64,000 nt of DNA from Thermodesulfobacteriota bacterium (GCA_049520575.1 JBEKPQ010000003.1:24632-88631), one strand, 5' to 3'. Shown: positions 47,388 through 57,282, counted from the first letter of the stretch. The notes: a model not told the origin generated them from the letters alone. A program made the numbers and translations.

Positions 47388-47424
47388 TTCTCCTTGACCC
47401 CGGTGTCCTTCTTAATTTATACTC
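47388..47424 (+). promoter_or_regulatory. Promoter D of the conserved family: TTATTCTCCTTGACCCCGG (-35 at 47394-47399), 18 nt spacer, TATACT (47418-47423). Upstream of the second SDR.
   Basis: Consensus hexamers; the CCTTGACCCCGG block is identical to promoter E. Confidence 0.6.
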
Positions 47425-47466
47425 GCTCCATCCAAAAGGGAATTATTTTACAGGAGGTAGTTGAAA

Positions 47467-48219
47467 ATGGATTTTTCATTAAAAGGTAAAATTGCCCTCA
47501 TTACCGGAGCCAGTCGGGGAATCGGCCGGGTTTTAGCCCTTGGGATAGCCCAGGCCGGGGCGGATGTGGTTATTGCCAGCCGGAAACTTCCCGATTTGGA
47601 AAAGGTGGCTGAAGAGATCAGAAAAATTGGACGGAAATGTATGGCCATACCTGCCCATATGGGCCGGATAGAAGAAATCAACAACCTGGTTAAACAGGTC
47701 GTGGATGAGTTTGGGAAGATCGACATCCTGGTGAACAACGCAGCCACAAATCCCACCATGGCCCAGGCCATGGACATAGACGACCGGGCCTGGGATTCGA
47801 TTATGAACCTTAATCTTAAGGGCCTATTCTTCCTGAGTCAGGCAGTGGCCAAGATAATGAAGGAAAAAGGAGGCGGTAAAATCATCAATATTGCCTCTAT
47901 CGCCGGGATCAGTCCAGATATACTGCCAATATACTCCATCAGTAAGGCCGGGGTGATCATGGCCACCAAGGTAATGGCCCAACAATGGGCCCAGTACAAT
48001 ATCCGGGCCAATGTCGTGGCCCCAGGCATGACCAAAACCGGTTTCAGCCAACCCCTTTGGAGTAATCCGGACATCCTAAAGGCAGTAACCGGCCGAAATC
48101 CAATGGCCCGGGTAGCCGATCCAGAAGAAATGGTAGGGGCTGTTATTTACCTAGCTTCGGATGCTTCCAGTTATGTAACCGGTCAGGTCCTGGCTGTTGA
48201 TGGAGGGAGTACAATATAA
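47467..48219 (+). CDS. Short-chain dehydrogenase/reductase, paralogue of the preceding SDR and divergently transcribed from it. Start ATG 47467 after an AGGAGG RBS.
   Basis: TGASRGIG, NNAA, YSISKAG. Confidence 0.85.
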   Translation: MDFSLKGKIALITGASRGIGRVLALGIAQAGADVVIASRKLPDLEKVAEEIRKIGRKCMAIPAHMGRIEEINNLVKQVVDEFGKIDILVNNAATNPTMAQAMDIDDRAWDSIMNLNLKGLFFLSQAVAKIMKEKGGGKIINIASIAGISPDILPIYSISKAGVIMATKVMAQQWAQYNIRANVVAPGMTKTGFSQPLWSNPDILKAVTGRNPMARVADPEEMVGAVIYLASDASSYVTGQVLAVDGGSTI

Positions 48220-48828
48220 GGGATTTAAGGGTTTAGTTTAGCATATAGCTTCTCTTCGCAGAAAGGTTGGAAATCCGAAATCCGAAATACAAAATACAAG
48301 GATCCAAATTTAACTGACCAAAACCTCTGCTCACTTTTTTTCTGATTCGAAAATTGGAGCATTTTGAATTTTAAATTTGTTTCGAAATTCGGATTTCAGA
48401 TTCCGAATTTCGTTGCGGCCAACGCCCTGTATTAGCCTGTATTAGTAAAGAGAAATACACTATACTTTTTACCCCCACGGAGCGCTTTCGTTTTTGCCCG
48501 GAGAGGGGTTTACCTTTTTCCGAAATTTTAAAAAAAGTGTTGACTTTTCATAAATTGATTTGGTAAAAGGATGCTTTTTGATCATTACCATAAAAAACGC
48601 CATGCCTTGAAAAACTGCTAAGTCTTGCTGAAAATAGCACGTTCCTCCCTTTTTAAGGGGTGCAATAAAGGTCGAATCTATGTGTGGATTCAACCTGATC
48701 AATCGGAGGTTAGGGATGCATAGATCAGAAGGCACTCTTTATCTAAATAAATTTATCACACCCGGAAGTATTCCCGCGTATTTCTATATTAAAATTAACC
48801 TACAAACAATTTGAAAGGAGAAGAAACG

Positions 48829-50127
48829 ATGAAGAAGTTCAACTTTGGATGGAGCATGTTGCTCGTTGCCTGCCTGGTTGTGGTCATGTGTTTCCCGGCC
48901 TGGGGACGGACGATTAAAATCGGTGTCATCGGCAATATGCAGGGTTTGGAAGGTAGGGACCATTGGGCCGGCGCAACCATGGCCGCGGAAATTGTTAATG
49001 CCAAGGGAGGCGTTCAGGTCGGCAAGGAAAAAATGAAAATCGAGCTGGTCAAGGCCGACTCCAATGAAGATAAAAGCCCCACCGATGCCACCAATGCCAT
49101 GGAACGTTTAATGACCAAGGACAAAGTGGATTTTGTTATCGGCGGGTTCAGGACCGAGGCCGTTATACCCATGCAGGACATTGCCATGGATTACAAAAAG
49201 ATCTTTATCGGCTGCGGGGCCGCCACCGATGCGCTCTGCGATAAGGTTGGGACTAATTACAACCGTTACAAATACTGGTTCCGGGGCACCCCTTTCAAAT
49301 CCTCTCATCTGGTGAAAACCTGTTTTGCCATGGTGGGCCAAGCCTCAGGACTCATTAAGAGCGAATTGAAGGTCCCGGTCAAATGCGCTATCGTGGCCGA
49401 GAAGCTGGCCTGGACGGAAGGTATGGTCAAGGTTGCCCAAACCGTGTTGCCTAAGATGGGCATAGAGGTAGTCGGGCTCTGGCAGCCTTCCGCCCTGGCT
49501 ACGGATGTCACCGCCGAGCTTTCGGCTATCCAGAAGAGCGGGGCCAACCTAATCTTTCCCATTTTCTCCGGATCGGTTGGGATTACCTTTTCCCGGCAGG
49601 CAGGGGAACTCAAGATCCCGGCCATCCAGGTGGGCATCAATGTCGAGTCCCAAAAGGACGGTTTCTGGGAAGCCACCAAGGGTATGGGTAATTATGTCTA
49701 TACCATGAATACCTATGTCCGGGGGGTTGAACAAAATGAATTAACCAAACCATTTTTGGACCGCTTTATTAAGGAGTTTAAGACGACCCCAACCTATACG
49801 GCCGATACCTATTCCGCCATCCTCTATGCCCTGGTCCCAAGCATCGAGGCCGTTGGTAGCCTGGATACCGATAAGATAGTCACCCACCTGGAGAACGCGG
49901 TATATAAGGTCCCCAGTGGGGTCATCAAATATGAAAAGAATGCCCAAGGAGTATCGACCCATGATTTGACCTGGGGCCCGGGCTTTGAGACAGGCGTCGG
50001 CTGCCAGTGGCAGGACGGTAAACTGGTCGGGGTTTGGCCGAATCACTGGAAGGCCACACCGGATGCCCCGGAGGTCACTTATAAAGGGATGGTCGCTCTT
50101 AAACTGCCCCCCTGGATGAAGAAGTAA
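48829..50127 (+). CDS. ABC transporter periplasmic substrate-binding protein (LivK/branched-chain amino acid type). Start ATG 48829 after an AAAGGAG RBS.
   Basis: Signal peptide and a type I periplasmic binding fold; operon with permease and ATPase genes. Confidence 0.8.
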   Translation: MKKFNFGWSMLLVACLVVVMCFPAWGRTIKIGVIGNMQGLEGRDHWAGATMAAEIVNAKGGVQVGKEKMKIELVKADSNEDKSPTDATNAMERLMTKDKVDFVIGGFRTEAVIPMQDIAMDYKKIFIGCGAATDALCDKVGTNYNRYKYWFRGTPFKSSHLVKTCFAMVGQASGLIKSELKVPVKCAIVAEKLAWTEGMVKVAQTVLPKMGIEVVGLWQPSALATDVTAELSAIQKSGANLIFPIFSGSVGITFSRQAGELKIPAIQVGINVESQKDGFWEATKGMGNYVYTMNTYVRGVEQNELTKPFLDRFIKEFKTTPTYTADTYSAILYALVPSIEAVGSLDTDKIVTHLENAVYKVPSGVIKYEKNAQGVSTHDLTWGPGFETGVGCQWQDGKLVGVWPNHWKATPDAPEVTYKGMVALKLPPWMKK

Positions 50128-50257
50128 TTCAAAAACAGAATAATAGAATTCAGAAGTCAGAAGCTCCCTTCTCTAACCCTCCCCCTCAAAGGGGGGAGGG
50201 AAGGGGTGGGGGTGAAGAAAATATTTTTTTACTAATAAAATATTTTTTTGAGGCCTT

Positions 50258-51121
50258 ATGAATATAATAATTACCGGTCTAATCACAGGCAGTATGCTGG
50301 CCTTACTTTCCATCGGTTTCTCCCTGATCTTTGGGGTGGCCAAAATCATAAACCTCGCCCACACCGCCTTTTATATGGTCGCGGCATACTGTATCTATTA
50401 CTTGTCCTTCAGGCTTGGATTTAATGTCATCTTGTCCATGCTGATCGCTGTTGCAACCGTTACTCTGATCGGTTTGCTGACCTATAAGTTTGCCATCGAT
50501 CCGATACGCGAGCATGAGGCGGCGGTCCTGATTGCCACTATAGCCCTGGCCATGTTCTTTCAAGAAGTCATCCTGCAGCTCTTCACCTTTGAATACCGGA
50601 GTGTGGATTTCCTGATTCAAGGGTACTTTACTGTGGGAGACAACAAGATTTTTTATCAACAGTTGCTGACCTTCGGAGTGGTCCTGTTGATTTTGCTGGT
50701 CGTTTGGTTCCTGTTGATGAAGACCCGCTTAGGCCTGGCCATCCGTTCCACGGCCGAGGACCGGGAGGTGTCCAATCTGATGGGGATGAACGAGAGCCGG
50801 CTGGCCATGATCACGATGGGTCTTTCGGTCTGCCTGGCCGGGATTACCGGAGCGGTGATCGGACCTCTTATGGTCCTTACTCCCAACATGTGGGAGGAAC
50901 CCATGATCATGATGATGGCCGTCGTGGTGCTGGGTGGGCTGGGCAGCATCAAAGGAAGTTTTATAGGCGCTTATATTTTGGGGTTCGCCGAGGCCCTGGT
51001 GGTTTTCCTTCTCCCCACAGGGTCCTTTTTGAAGATGCCTGTGGCCTTGGTCATCATGATCCTGGTCCTGTTGATACGGCCGGAGGGCCTGTTTGGTATC
51101 GCTTTTGAGGAAGAGAGGTAA
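50258..51121 (+). CDS. ABC transporter permease (LivH-like).
   Basis: Polytopic membrane protein with a LivH-family pattern. Confidence 0.8.
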   Translation: MNIIITGLITGSMLALLSIGFSLIFGVAKIINLAHTAFYMVAAYCIYYLSFRLGFNVILSMLIAVATVTLIGLLTYKFAIDPIREHEAAVLIATIALAMFFQEVILQLFTFEYRSVDFLIQGYFTVGDNKIFYQQLLTFGVVLLILLVVWFLLMKTRLGLAIRSTAEDREVSNLMGMNESRLAMITMGLSVCLAGITGAVIGPLMVLTPNMWEEPMIMMMAVVVLGGLGSIKGSFIGAYILGFAEALVVFLLPTGSFLKMPVALVIMILVLLIRPEGLFGIAFEEER

Positions 51122-51127
51122 AAAGGC

Positions 51128-52168
51128 ATGGGTTTTGTCTTATTTTATATTAGAAAACTAGTTACACTCCTGCGAAACGAAGTGCTGGTCCTTCCCAGTC
51201 GAATCATGGTGGGCCTTTTTCTTATTGTTATACTGGGACTGCCCTTGGTAACCCAAGACCCCTATGTGGTCCGCATTGTCATTCTAACCAGTCTCTTTGC
51301 CATCCTGGCCGCCAGTTGGGACCTCCTGTCGGGATTTACCGGCCAGCTGAATTTCGGCCATGCTCTTTTCTTCGGAGTGGGGGCCTACGGCTCGGCCATT
51401 TTAAATACCCATGTTCATATTCCCCCCTGGGGAAGTGTGCCTTTGGGGGCCTTGGTGGCTGTTTTGGCCGGCCTTGTTATCGGGATCCCCTGCCTGCGTC
51501 TGAAACACACTTACCTGGCCCTGACCACCTTTGCCTTTCCGATCATCTTACTGGGGATCATCATTGCCCTGCCGGATTTAACCGGGGGTGAATTGGGGAT
51601 GTCCGGGGTAGAGCGATTCACCAGTTCCCTGATGGGCAATTATTATCTTCATGTCATAGTCATGCTGGTATTGTGTTTCATCATGTGGAAGATAACCGAC
51701 TCCAATACGGGTATTATTTTTCATGCCATCCGGGAGGATGAGCTGGCCGTAAAGGCCTCGGGGATCAACACCACCCGATATAAACTGTTGGCCTTCACCC
51801 TCAGCGGCTTTTTTGCCGGCATTTCCGGCGGACTCTATGCCCATTATATGCGGATTGCCGGACCTTCCACCCTGGCGGTCTCCATGTCCTTCCAGATTGT
51901 GATCTGGGCCATCTTCGGGGGAATAGCCACGATCTACGGCCCCATAACCGGGGTTTTTATCCTCATCCCGTTGTTGGAAGTCGTCCGGATCTGGCCCGAG
52001 TACCGCATGATGATATTTTCCGTATTCGTCCTGCTCATCCTCTTGTACATGCCCGAAGGCTTGGTCCCCTGGGTAAGGGACAAGATTGAAAAAGAATGTC
52101 CGCGGTGCAAAGTCAGAAACGTAGCACCTCGGAAATCCTGCCGGATCTGCACGGCGGATCTGGATTGA
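51128..52168 (+). CDS. ABC transporter permease (LivM-like), with a C-terminal CxxC...CxxC zinc-ribbon tail.
   Basis: Polytopic; ends with CPRCKVRNVAPRKSCRICTADLD. Confidence 0.8.
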   Translation: MGFVLFYIRKLVTLLRNEVLVLPSRIMVGLFLIVILGLPLVTQDPYVVRIVILTSLFAILAASWDLLSGFTGQLNFGHALFFGVGAYGSAILNTHVHIPPWGSVPLGALVAVLAGLVIGIPCLRLKHTYLALTTFAFPIILLGIIIALPDLTGGELGMSGVERFTSSLMGNYYLHVIVMLVLCFIMWKITDSNTGIIFHAIREDELAVKASGINTTRYKLLAFTLSGFFAGISGGLYAHYMRIAGPSTLAVSMSFQIVIWAIFGGIATIYGPITGVFILIPLLEVVRIWPEYRMMIFSVFVLLILLYMPEGLVPWVRDKIEKECPRCKVRNVAPRKSCRICTADLD

Positions 52169-52282
52169 GAAAAAAAGGATTCAAGGGATCAAGGATTCGG
52201 GGGTTCAAGTGAAAGGCGCGGAAAATAAAACCAGGGAACCCTCGCCCCAATTTATAAATTGAACTGAAAGAAGGAAGTTATT

Positions 52283-53986
52283 ATGAACCCAAAAGAAATT
52301 TATTTATCCAAACCCTGGCTGAAATATTACCCGGAAGGTGTTCCGGCCGAAGTCGAAATTCCGGAAGGATCCGTCATGGACCTCTTTGATCAGTCGGTTG
52401 AAAAATATGGAAACCGACCTTCCCTGATCTTTTACGGCAAGAAGATCACCTACCGGGAGATCAAGGATTCGGTGGACCGTCTTGCCACCGCCCTGGCCGA
52501 TTTGGGAATCAAAAAGGGAGACACGGTTGCCTTATACCTTCTGAACTGCCCTCAATATGTCATATCCTATTTTGCGATACTCAGGTTGGGGGCCAAGGTC
52601 ACCCCGATCAGCCCGGTCTATACCAGTATCGAGGTCAAGCATCAGATCCAGGACAGCGAAGCCAAGATGGCCATCTGTCAGAATATCCTCTATGACAACC
52701 TGGCCAAATCCGGGGTGCAACCGGAAAAGGTTATTTTAACCAGTATCGAAGAGTACCTTCCAACAATGAAAAAATGGTTCGGAAAGAAAACAAAAGACAA
52801 AAGTGGAAAAGAGGCCCCTTCAGTGGAATCCATTAAAGGGGCCGGGATTTACTATTTTCAGGAACTGCTGAAAAAATATCCGCCCAATCCCCCCAAGGTA
52901 ACCATTGACCCCCAGGAAGACCTGGCGGCCTTGCCCTACACCGGCGGCACCACCGGCCTGCCCAAGGCAGCCATGATAACCCATCGTAATATGGTAGCCG
53001 TTCAGAAACAAACCCGGGCCTTTTTGCCTATCCTGGAAGACGGCAAAGAGGTGATTATGGCCTTCCTGCCCTTTTTTCATATTTACGGCCAGGTCGTGGT
53101 CATGCTCTCCGGTCTGGTTCAGGGTTCGACCATGGTCCTGTTCACCACCCCGGATATAGAGGACATTTTGGAGGGTATAGAGCGTTATCAGGCCACCGGC
53201 TTCTTTGGTGTGCCCACCATGTTTGAATATCTCAAGGAATACGAGAAAACCGACCGGGTCAACTGGAAAAAGCTGAAGATGATCGTCTGCGGGGCCGATA
53301 CCTTGCATGATTCAACCGTCGAGGCCTGGGAGAAACGGACCAATTCCATAATCTTAGAAGGTTATGGGATGACCGAAACTACCTCCGTAAGTCATGGTTC
53401 ACCGCACAACCGGCCTAAGAGAGGCTCTTTCGGCGTGCCCATGCCTCATATGAAAGCGGCCATAATCGAAACCGAAGGAACGGATTTTCTCCCTGTGGGG
53501 GAAGTAGGTGAAATGATATTAAACGGCCCGAATATTATGAAAGGGTATTGGAAACGACCGGACAGCACTGAAGAATCCATGCTGGAATTGGATGGTGAGA
53601 CCTGGCTGCGCACCGGAGATCTGGTCAGCATGGACGAAGAAGGTTATTTTCACTTCTTTGACCGCAAACGGGACCTGATCAAGTATAAGGGCTATTCCGT
53701 CTTCGCCAGGCATGTGGAGGAAGTCCTTTTTCAACATCCCCAGATTAAGGCCGCCGGAGTGGTCGGGGTTCCGGACCCCAAGGTGGGCAACATTATTAAG
53801 GCCTATGTCGTTTTGGAAAGTGAGGCCAGGGGTAAGATCTCGGAAGAGGAAATAGTGGAATTTTGCAGCCAGAAACTGGCCCATTATAAAGTACCCAAGA
53901 TCGTCGAGTTCCGGGGTGAGCTGCCCAAAACCGATGTGGGCAAGGTTTCCCGGCGAGAACTTAGAGAAGAGGGTGAGGAAGTCTGA
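52283..53986 (+). CDS. Long-chain fatty acid/aromatic acid-CoA ligase (FadD-like), embedded in the liv-type ABC operon.
   Basis: AMP-binding motifs YTGGTTGLPK and GYGMTE; 567 aa. Confidence 0.85.
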   Translation: MNPKEIYLSKPWLKYYPEGVPAEVEIPEGSVMDLFDQSVEKYGNRPSLIFYGKKITYREIKDSVDRLATALADLGIKKGDTVALYLLNCPQYVISYFAILRLGAKVTPISPVYTSIEVKHQIQDSEAKMAICQNILYDNLAKSGVQPEKVILTSIEEYLPTMKKWFGKKTKDKSGKEAPSVESIKGAGIYYFQELLKKYPPNPPKVTIDPQEDLAALPYTGGTTGLPKAAMITHRNMVAVQKQTRAFLPILEDGKEVIMAFLPFFHIYGQVVVMLSGLVQGSTMVLFTTPDIEDILEGIERYQATGFFGVPTMFEYLKEYEKTDRVNWKKLKMIVCGADTLHDSTVEAWEKRTNSIILEGYGMTETTSVSHGSPHNRPKRGSFGVPMPHMKAAIIETEGTDFLPVGEVGEMILNGPNIMKGYWKRPDSTEESMLELDGETWLRTGDLVSMDEEGYFHFFDRKRDLIKYKGYSVFARHVEEVLFQHPQIKAAGVVGVPDPKVGNIIKAYVVLESEARGKISEEEIVEFCSQKLAHYKVPKIVEFRGELPKTDVGKVSRRELREEGEEV

Positions 53987-53987
53987 T

Positions 53988-54755
53988 ATGGCCGTACCAT
54001 TATTGGAGGTTGAAGGACTGACAAAAAGTTTCGGGGGATTGAAAGCAGTCAATGACATCAGTTTTCGCATGAAGCAGAAGGAAGTCATCGGCTTGATCGG
54101 ACCCAATGGCGCAGGAAAAACCACCTTGCTTCGTATGTTCACCGGGATCCTTAAACCGGATTCCGGGAGCGTCCGATTTAAGGGCAAGGAACTGGTGGGA
54201 ATGAAAACCTGGGATATCGTCAACCTGGGCGTATCCTGCACCTTCCAGAACATGAGACCTTTCCGCCGGCTACCCATCATTGCCAATGTTATGGTCTCCT
54301 GCCTGTCGCCCCGTTCCATGAAACACGGGGAGTGGGTCAAAAGAGTGGAGGCCAAGGCCTTGGATGCCTTGGAATTCGCCGGTATCTCGGATATGGCCCT
54401 GGAAAAGGCCTCAACGCTGTCTCAAGGCGATCTGAAGCGGCTGGAAGTGGCCCGGGCCGTGGCCACGGACCCGGAACTGCTCCTCTTGGACGAGCCGTTT
54501 GGGGGCCTGAGCCCGGCAGAAACCGACCTGATGGCCAAATCGATCCGGAGACTCCATAAAGGAGGACGCTTCGGACGTCTGCACAGCGAAGGTCCGGCCA
54601 TGATTATTGTCGAACACAAATTACAGCAGTTGATGAAGATCGTCGATCGCATCATTGTCCTCAACTTCGGGAATCTTCTGGCTGAAGGCAAACCTGAGGA
54701 AGTCGTCAACAACCCACAGGTCATTGAGGCCTATCTGGGTGGAGGAGGCCAGTAA
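53988..54755 (+). CDS. ABC transporter ATP-binding protein (LivG-like). Start MAVPLLEVEGL at 53988; the ORF-track start at 53916 lies inside fadD.
   Basis: Walker A GPNGAGKTT, signature LSQGDLKRLE, Walker B LLLDEP. Confidence 0.85.
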   Translation: MAVPLLEVEGLTKSFGGLKAVNDISFRMKQKEVIGLIGPNGAGKTTLLRMFTGILKPDSGSVRFKGKELVGMKTWDIVNLGVSCTFQNMRPFRRLPIIANVMVSCLSPRSMKHGEWVKRVEAKALDALEFAGISDMALEKASTLSQGDLKRLEVARAVATDPELLLLDEPFGGLSPAETDLMAKSIRRLHKGGRFGRLHSEGPAMIIVEHKLQQLMKIVDRIIVLNFGNLLAEGKPEEVVNNPQVIEAYLGGGGQ

Positions 54756-54757
54756 CC

Positions 54758-55507
54758 GTGCTCTTAGAAATCGTCCATTTAAACGTTCGTTATGAAAAGG
54801 CCGTGCTCATCAATGACCTGAGTTTGAGTGTCGATACCGGGGAACTGGTCAGCCTGGTCGGCCCCAACGGGGCCGGGAAATCCACCACCCTTAGGGCCAT
54901 CACCGGATTGGTGGCCTGGGAAAGAGAGATCAAGCGCCGGTCTACGGCTGCAGAGATCCATCTAGAAGGCACGGTGAATTTCGACGGCCAGCGGATCGAC
55001 AATATCCCGGCCCATGAAATCGTTAAGCGGGGTCTAATCCTTTGTCCGGAACGAAGAAGACCGTTTCGGGAACTGACCGTTCTGGAAAACTTAATGGCCG
55101 GGGCCTATCTATACAAGGACAAGCAAAAAAACCAGGAAAATCTGAGCAAGGTATATGATTTATTTCCGGTGCTTAAGGAGCGGGCTAAACAAATCTCCGG
55201 AACTCTTTCGGGCGGAGAACAGCAGATGCTGGCCATCGGACGGGCCTTGATGTCCGAACCGAAACTCCTGTGTATCGACGAACCTTCAACGGGTCTGGCC
55301 CCCATACTGCGGGCGGAAGTCTTCGAGAAAATACTTCAAATCAACCGTCTGGGAATAACCATCCTGTTGGTCGAACAGGAAGTCAGTTCGGTCTTTAAAA
55401 TGACCAAACGCAATTACGTACTTTCCGCTGGAAAGATTATCGCCCAGGGGACGGGCGAACAGCTAATGGAAAACGAAGTCATTCGCAAGACCTATTTAGG
55501 GCTTTAG
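54758..55507 (+). CDS. ABC transporter ATP-binding protein (LivF-like), GTG start.
   Basis: Walker A GPNGAGKST, signature LSGGEQQML, Walker B LCIDEP. Confidence 0.85.
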   Translation: MLLEIVHLNVRYEKAVLINDLSLSVDTGELVSLVGPNGAGKSTTLRAITGLVAWEREIKRRSTAAEIHLEGTVNFDGQRIDNIPAHEIVKRGLILCPERRRPFRELTVLENLMAGAYLYKDKQKNQENLSKVYDLFPVLKERAKQISGTLSGGEQQMLAIGRALMSEPKLLCIDEPSTGLAPILRAEVFEKILQINRLGITILLVEQEVSSVFKMTKRNYVLSAGKIIAQGTGEQLMENEVIRKTYLGL

Positions 55508-55515
55508 ATAAAAAC

Positions 55516-55615
55516 AGGGTTCAGGGATTCAAGGATTCCAGGATTCGAAGGTTTTAACTTCAACGCCTTCCCATCCGCCCTGCGGTCCTTGGCCCCTCGG
55601 CTCTTTGAATCCTGA
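55516..55615. repeat. Intergenic structured repeat element, copy 2. Inverted repeats GGATTCAAGG (55525-55534) and CTTTGAATCC (55603-55612); core TTTTAACTTCAACGCCTTCCCATCCGCCCTGCGGTCCTTG.
   Basis: Aligns to the copy at 6346-6445; the 18-mer TCCGCCCTGCGGTCCTTG is identical. Confidence 0.6.
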
Positions 55616-55700
55616 GCATAATTTTACTCAGTTGTGACAACCCTATCCAACTTTCCCTTTCTTTCAACAAAACAGCATTTATTTCAAATGGAGGAATCCC

Positions 55701-56279
55701 ATGAAAAAGTCCATAGGCGCAAAAACCATAGTCTATCCCACTCCCGTCTTTGTAGTGGGCACATATGACCGGGACGGCAAACCCAACGTCATGACCGCGG
55801 CCTGGGGAGGGATTTGCTGCTCTGTTCCCCCCTGCGTGGCCATCGCCCTACGAGAGGCCACCTACACTTACGGTAATCTTATGGAGCAAAAGGCCTTCAC
55901 CATCAGCCTGCCCACCGAGTCGTACCTCAAACAGGCGGATTACTTCGGCATCGCCTCGGGAAGAAACGAGGATAAGTTTGCGGTGTCAGGCCTAACGCCT
56001 GTCAAGAGCGATTTGGTGGATGCCCCTTATGTCAAAGAATTCCCTTTTGTATTGGAGTGCAAAGTGATCCACCATTACAAGATCGGTTTGCATACCCAAT
56101 TCATCGGTGAAATCCTGGATATCAAGGTGGATGAAGAGGTGCTTGGTGAGAAAGGAGCGGACATCACCAAAATCAAACCGGTCCTCTGGGCCCCGGACAG
56201 CCGGAGTTACTATGGGATAGGCCAGTTTCTGGGAAAGGCCTTTTACTTAGGACAGGAATTAATAAAGGGGAAAAAATAA
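55701..56279 (+). CDS. Flavin reductase-like protein (FMN-binding split barrel).
   Basis: 192 aa; [22 protein letters not shown] is typical of the flavin reductase-like domain. Confidence 0.7.
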   Translation: MKKSIGAKTIVYPTPVFVVGTYDRDGKPNVMTAAWGGICCSVPPCVAIALREATYTYGNLMEQKAFTISLPTESYLKQADYFGIASGRNEDKFAVSGLTPVKSDLVDAPYVKEFPFVLECKVIHHYKIGLHTQFIGEILDIKVDEEVLGEKGADITKIKPVLWAPDSRSYYGIGQFLGKAFYLGQELIKGKK

Positions 56280-56406
56280 TCTTTTTGACAGGATTAACAG
56301 GATTTTTTAATTTTTTCTTTCCCCTTTCTTCCGGAAAGGAGGAAATAAATCTTATCTATCCTGTAAATTATGTCAGTAAAAAATTTGTTATTGTGCTCGA
56401 AAAAGC

Positions 56407-57264
56407 TCAGTCCTCCAGCATTCCCCATTGTTTGAATTCGGACATAATCTCCGCCGCTTCTTTTATCATCTCGTCGATGTATTGTTTAACTGGCTTAACG
56501 GCGGTGATGACCCCAGAGGCGAGAGAATGTTGTCCGCCATGATCCATCTGATAAATCTTTTTACGGAACCCGGCGTCTAAGATATCCTGATCGACGATTT
56601 TTCCTTTCAGCTTGTCAGGAACATTAAACTCCTGCGTAGCCATGAAAGCAGTCCCCATGTATATGCCTACTGCACCCATGGCCAAAGCGGCGACAAAGCC
56701 CCGGGCATCGCCGATTCCACCGGCGGCGATTAACGGGACCCCGATCAACCGCCGGCCCATAGTCATGTTGACCAGCGTCGTGTTTTGATTCGGGTTTTTA
56801 TAACCCGTCCCTTCCAGGCCGACAATGACCACGGCATCCGGACCTTTTTGGGCAATGGATACGGCATGTTCGATCGTGGCACACTTGTGGATCCAGTTGC
56901 ATCCTTTTTCCTTAAATCTGCGCCCGATAATCGAGCCGTCATAAGCCGAAGTGAAAATGGTCCGTATGCCTTCTTCCATGGTAATCCGAACGTATTCTTC
57001 ATGATAAGCATTATCGTACTTGGTGTCCTTCATCAGGGTGAAGTTAACTGCAAAGGGTTTGTCGGTCATCGACTTGGCCCGTTTGACGTCTTCGGCAAAG
57101 GCCTCCGGATTCTTATAACAGATCGTGGTCAGAATGCCCAAGGCCCCGGCCTCGGAAACCGGTGCGGCGATTTGGGATGTTCCGGTCCCCGGCCATCCGA
57201 AAGCCCCTTGTATGATGGGGTACTTCACACCGAGCATCCTGGTCAGAACATTGTCAAACTTCAT
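56407..57264 (-). CDS. Nitronate monooxygenase family protein / FabK-like FMN-dependent enoyl-ACP reductase.
   Basis: TIM-barrel NMO signature; N-terminus YPIIQGAFGWPG; GIYMGTAFMATQE. Confidence 0.7.
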   Translation of the reverse strand: MKFDNVLTRMLGVKYPIIQGAFGWPGTGTSQIAAPVSEAGALGILTTICYKNPEAFAEDVKRAKSMTDKPFAVNFTLMKDTKYDNAYHEEYVRITMEEGIRTIFTSAYDGSIIGRRFKEKGCNWIHKCATIEHAVSIAQKGPDAVVIVGLEGTGYKNPNQNTTLVNMTMGRRLIGVPLIAAGGIGDARGFVAALAMGAVGIYMGTAFMATQEFNVPDKLKGKIVDQDILDAGFRKKIYQMDHGGQHSLASGVITAVKPVKQYIDEMIKEAAEIMSEFKQWGMLED

Positions 57265-57282
57265 TGATTTCTCCTCTCCGAA

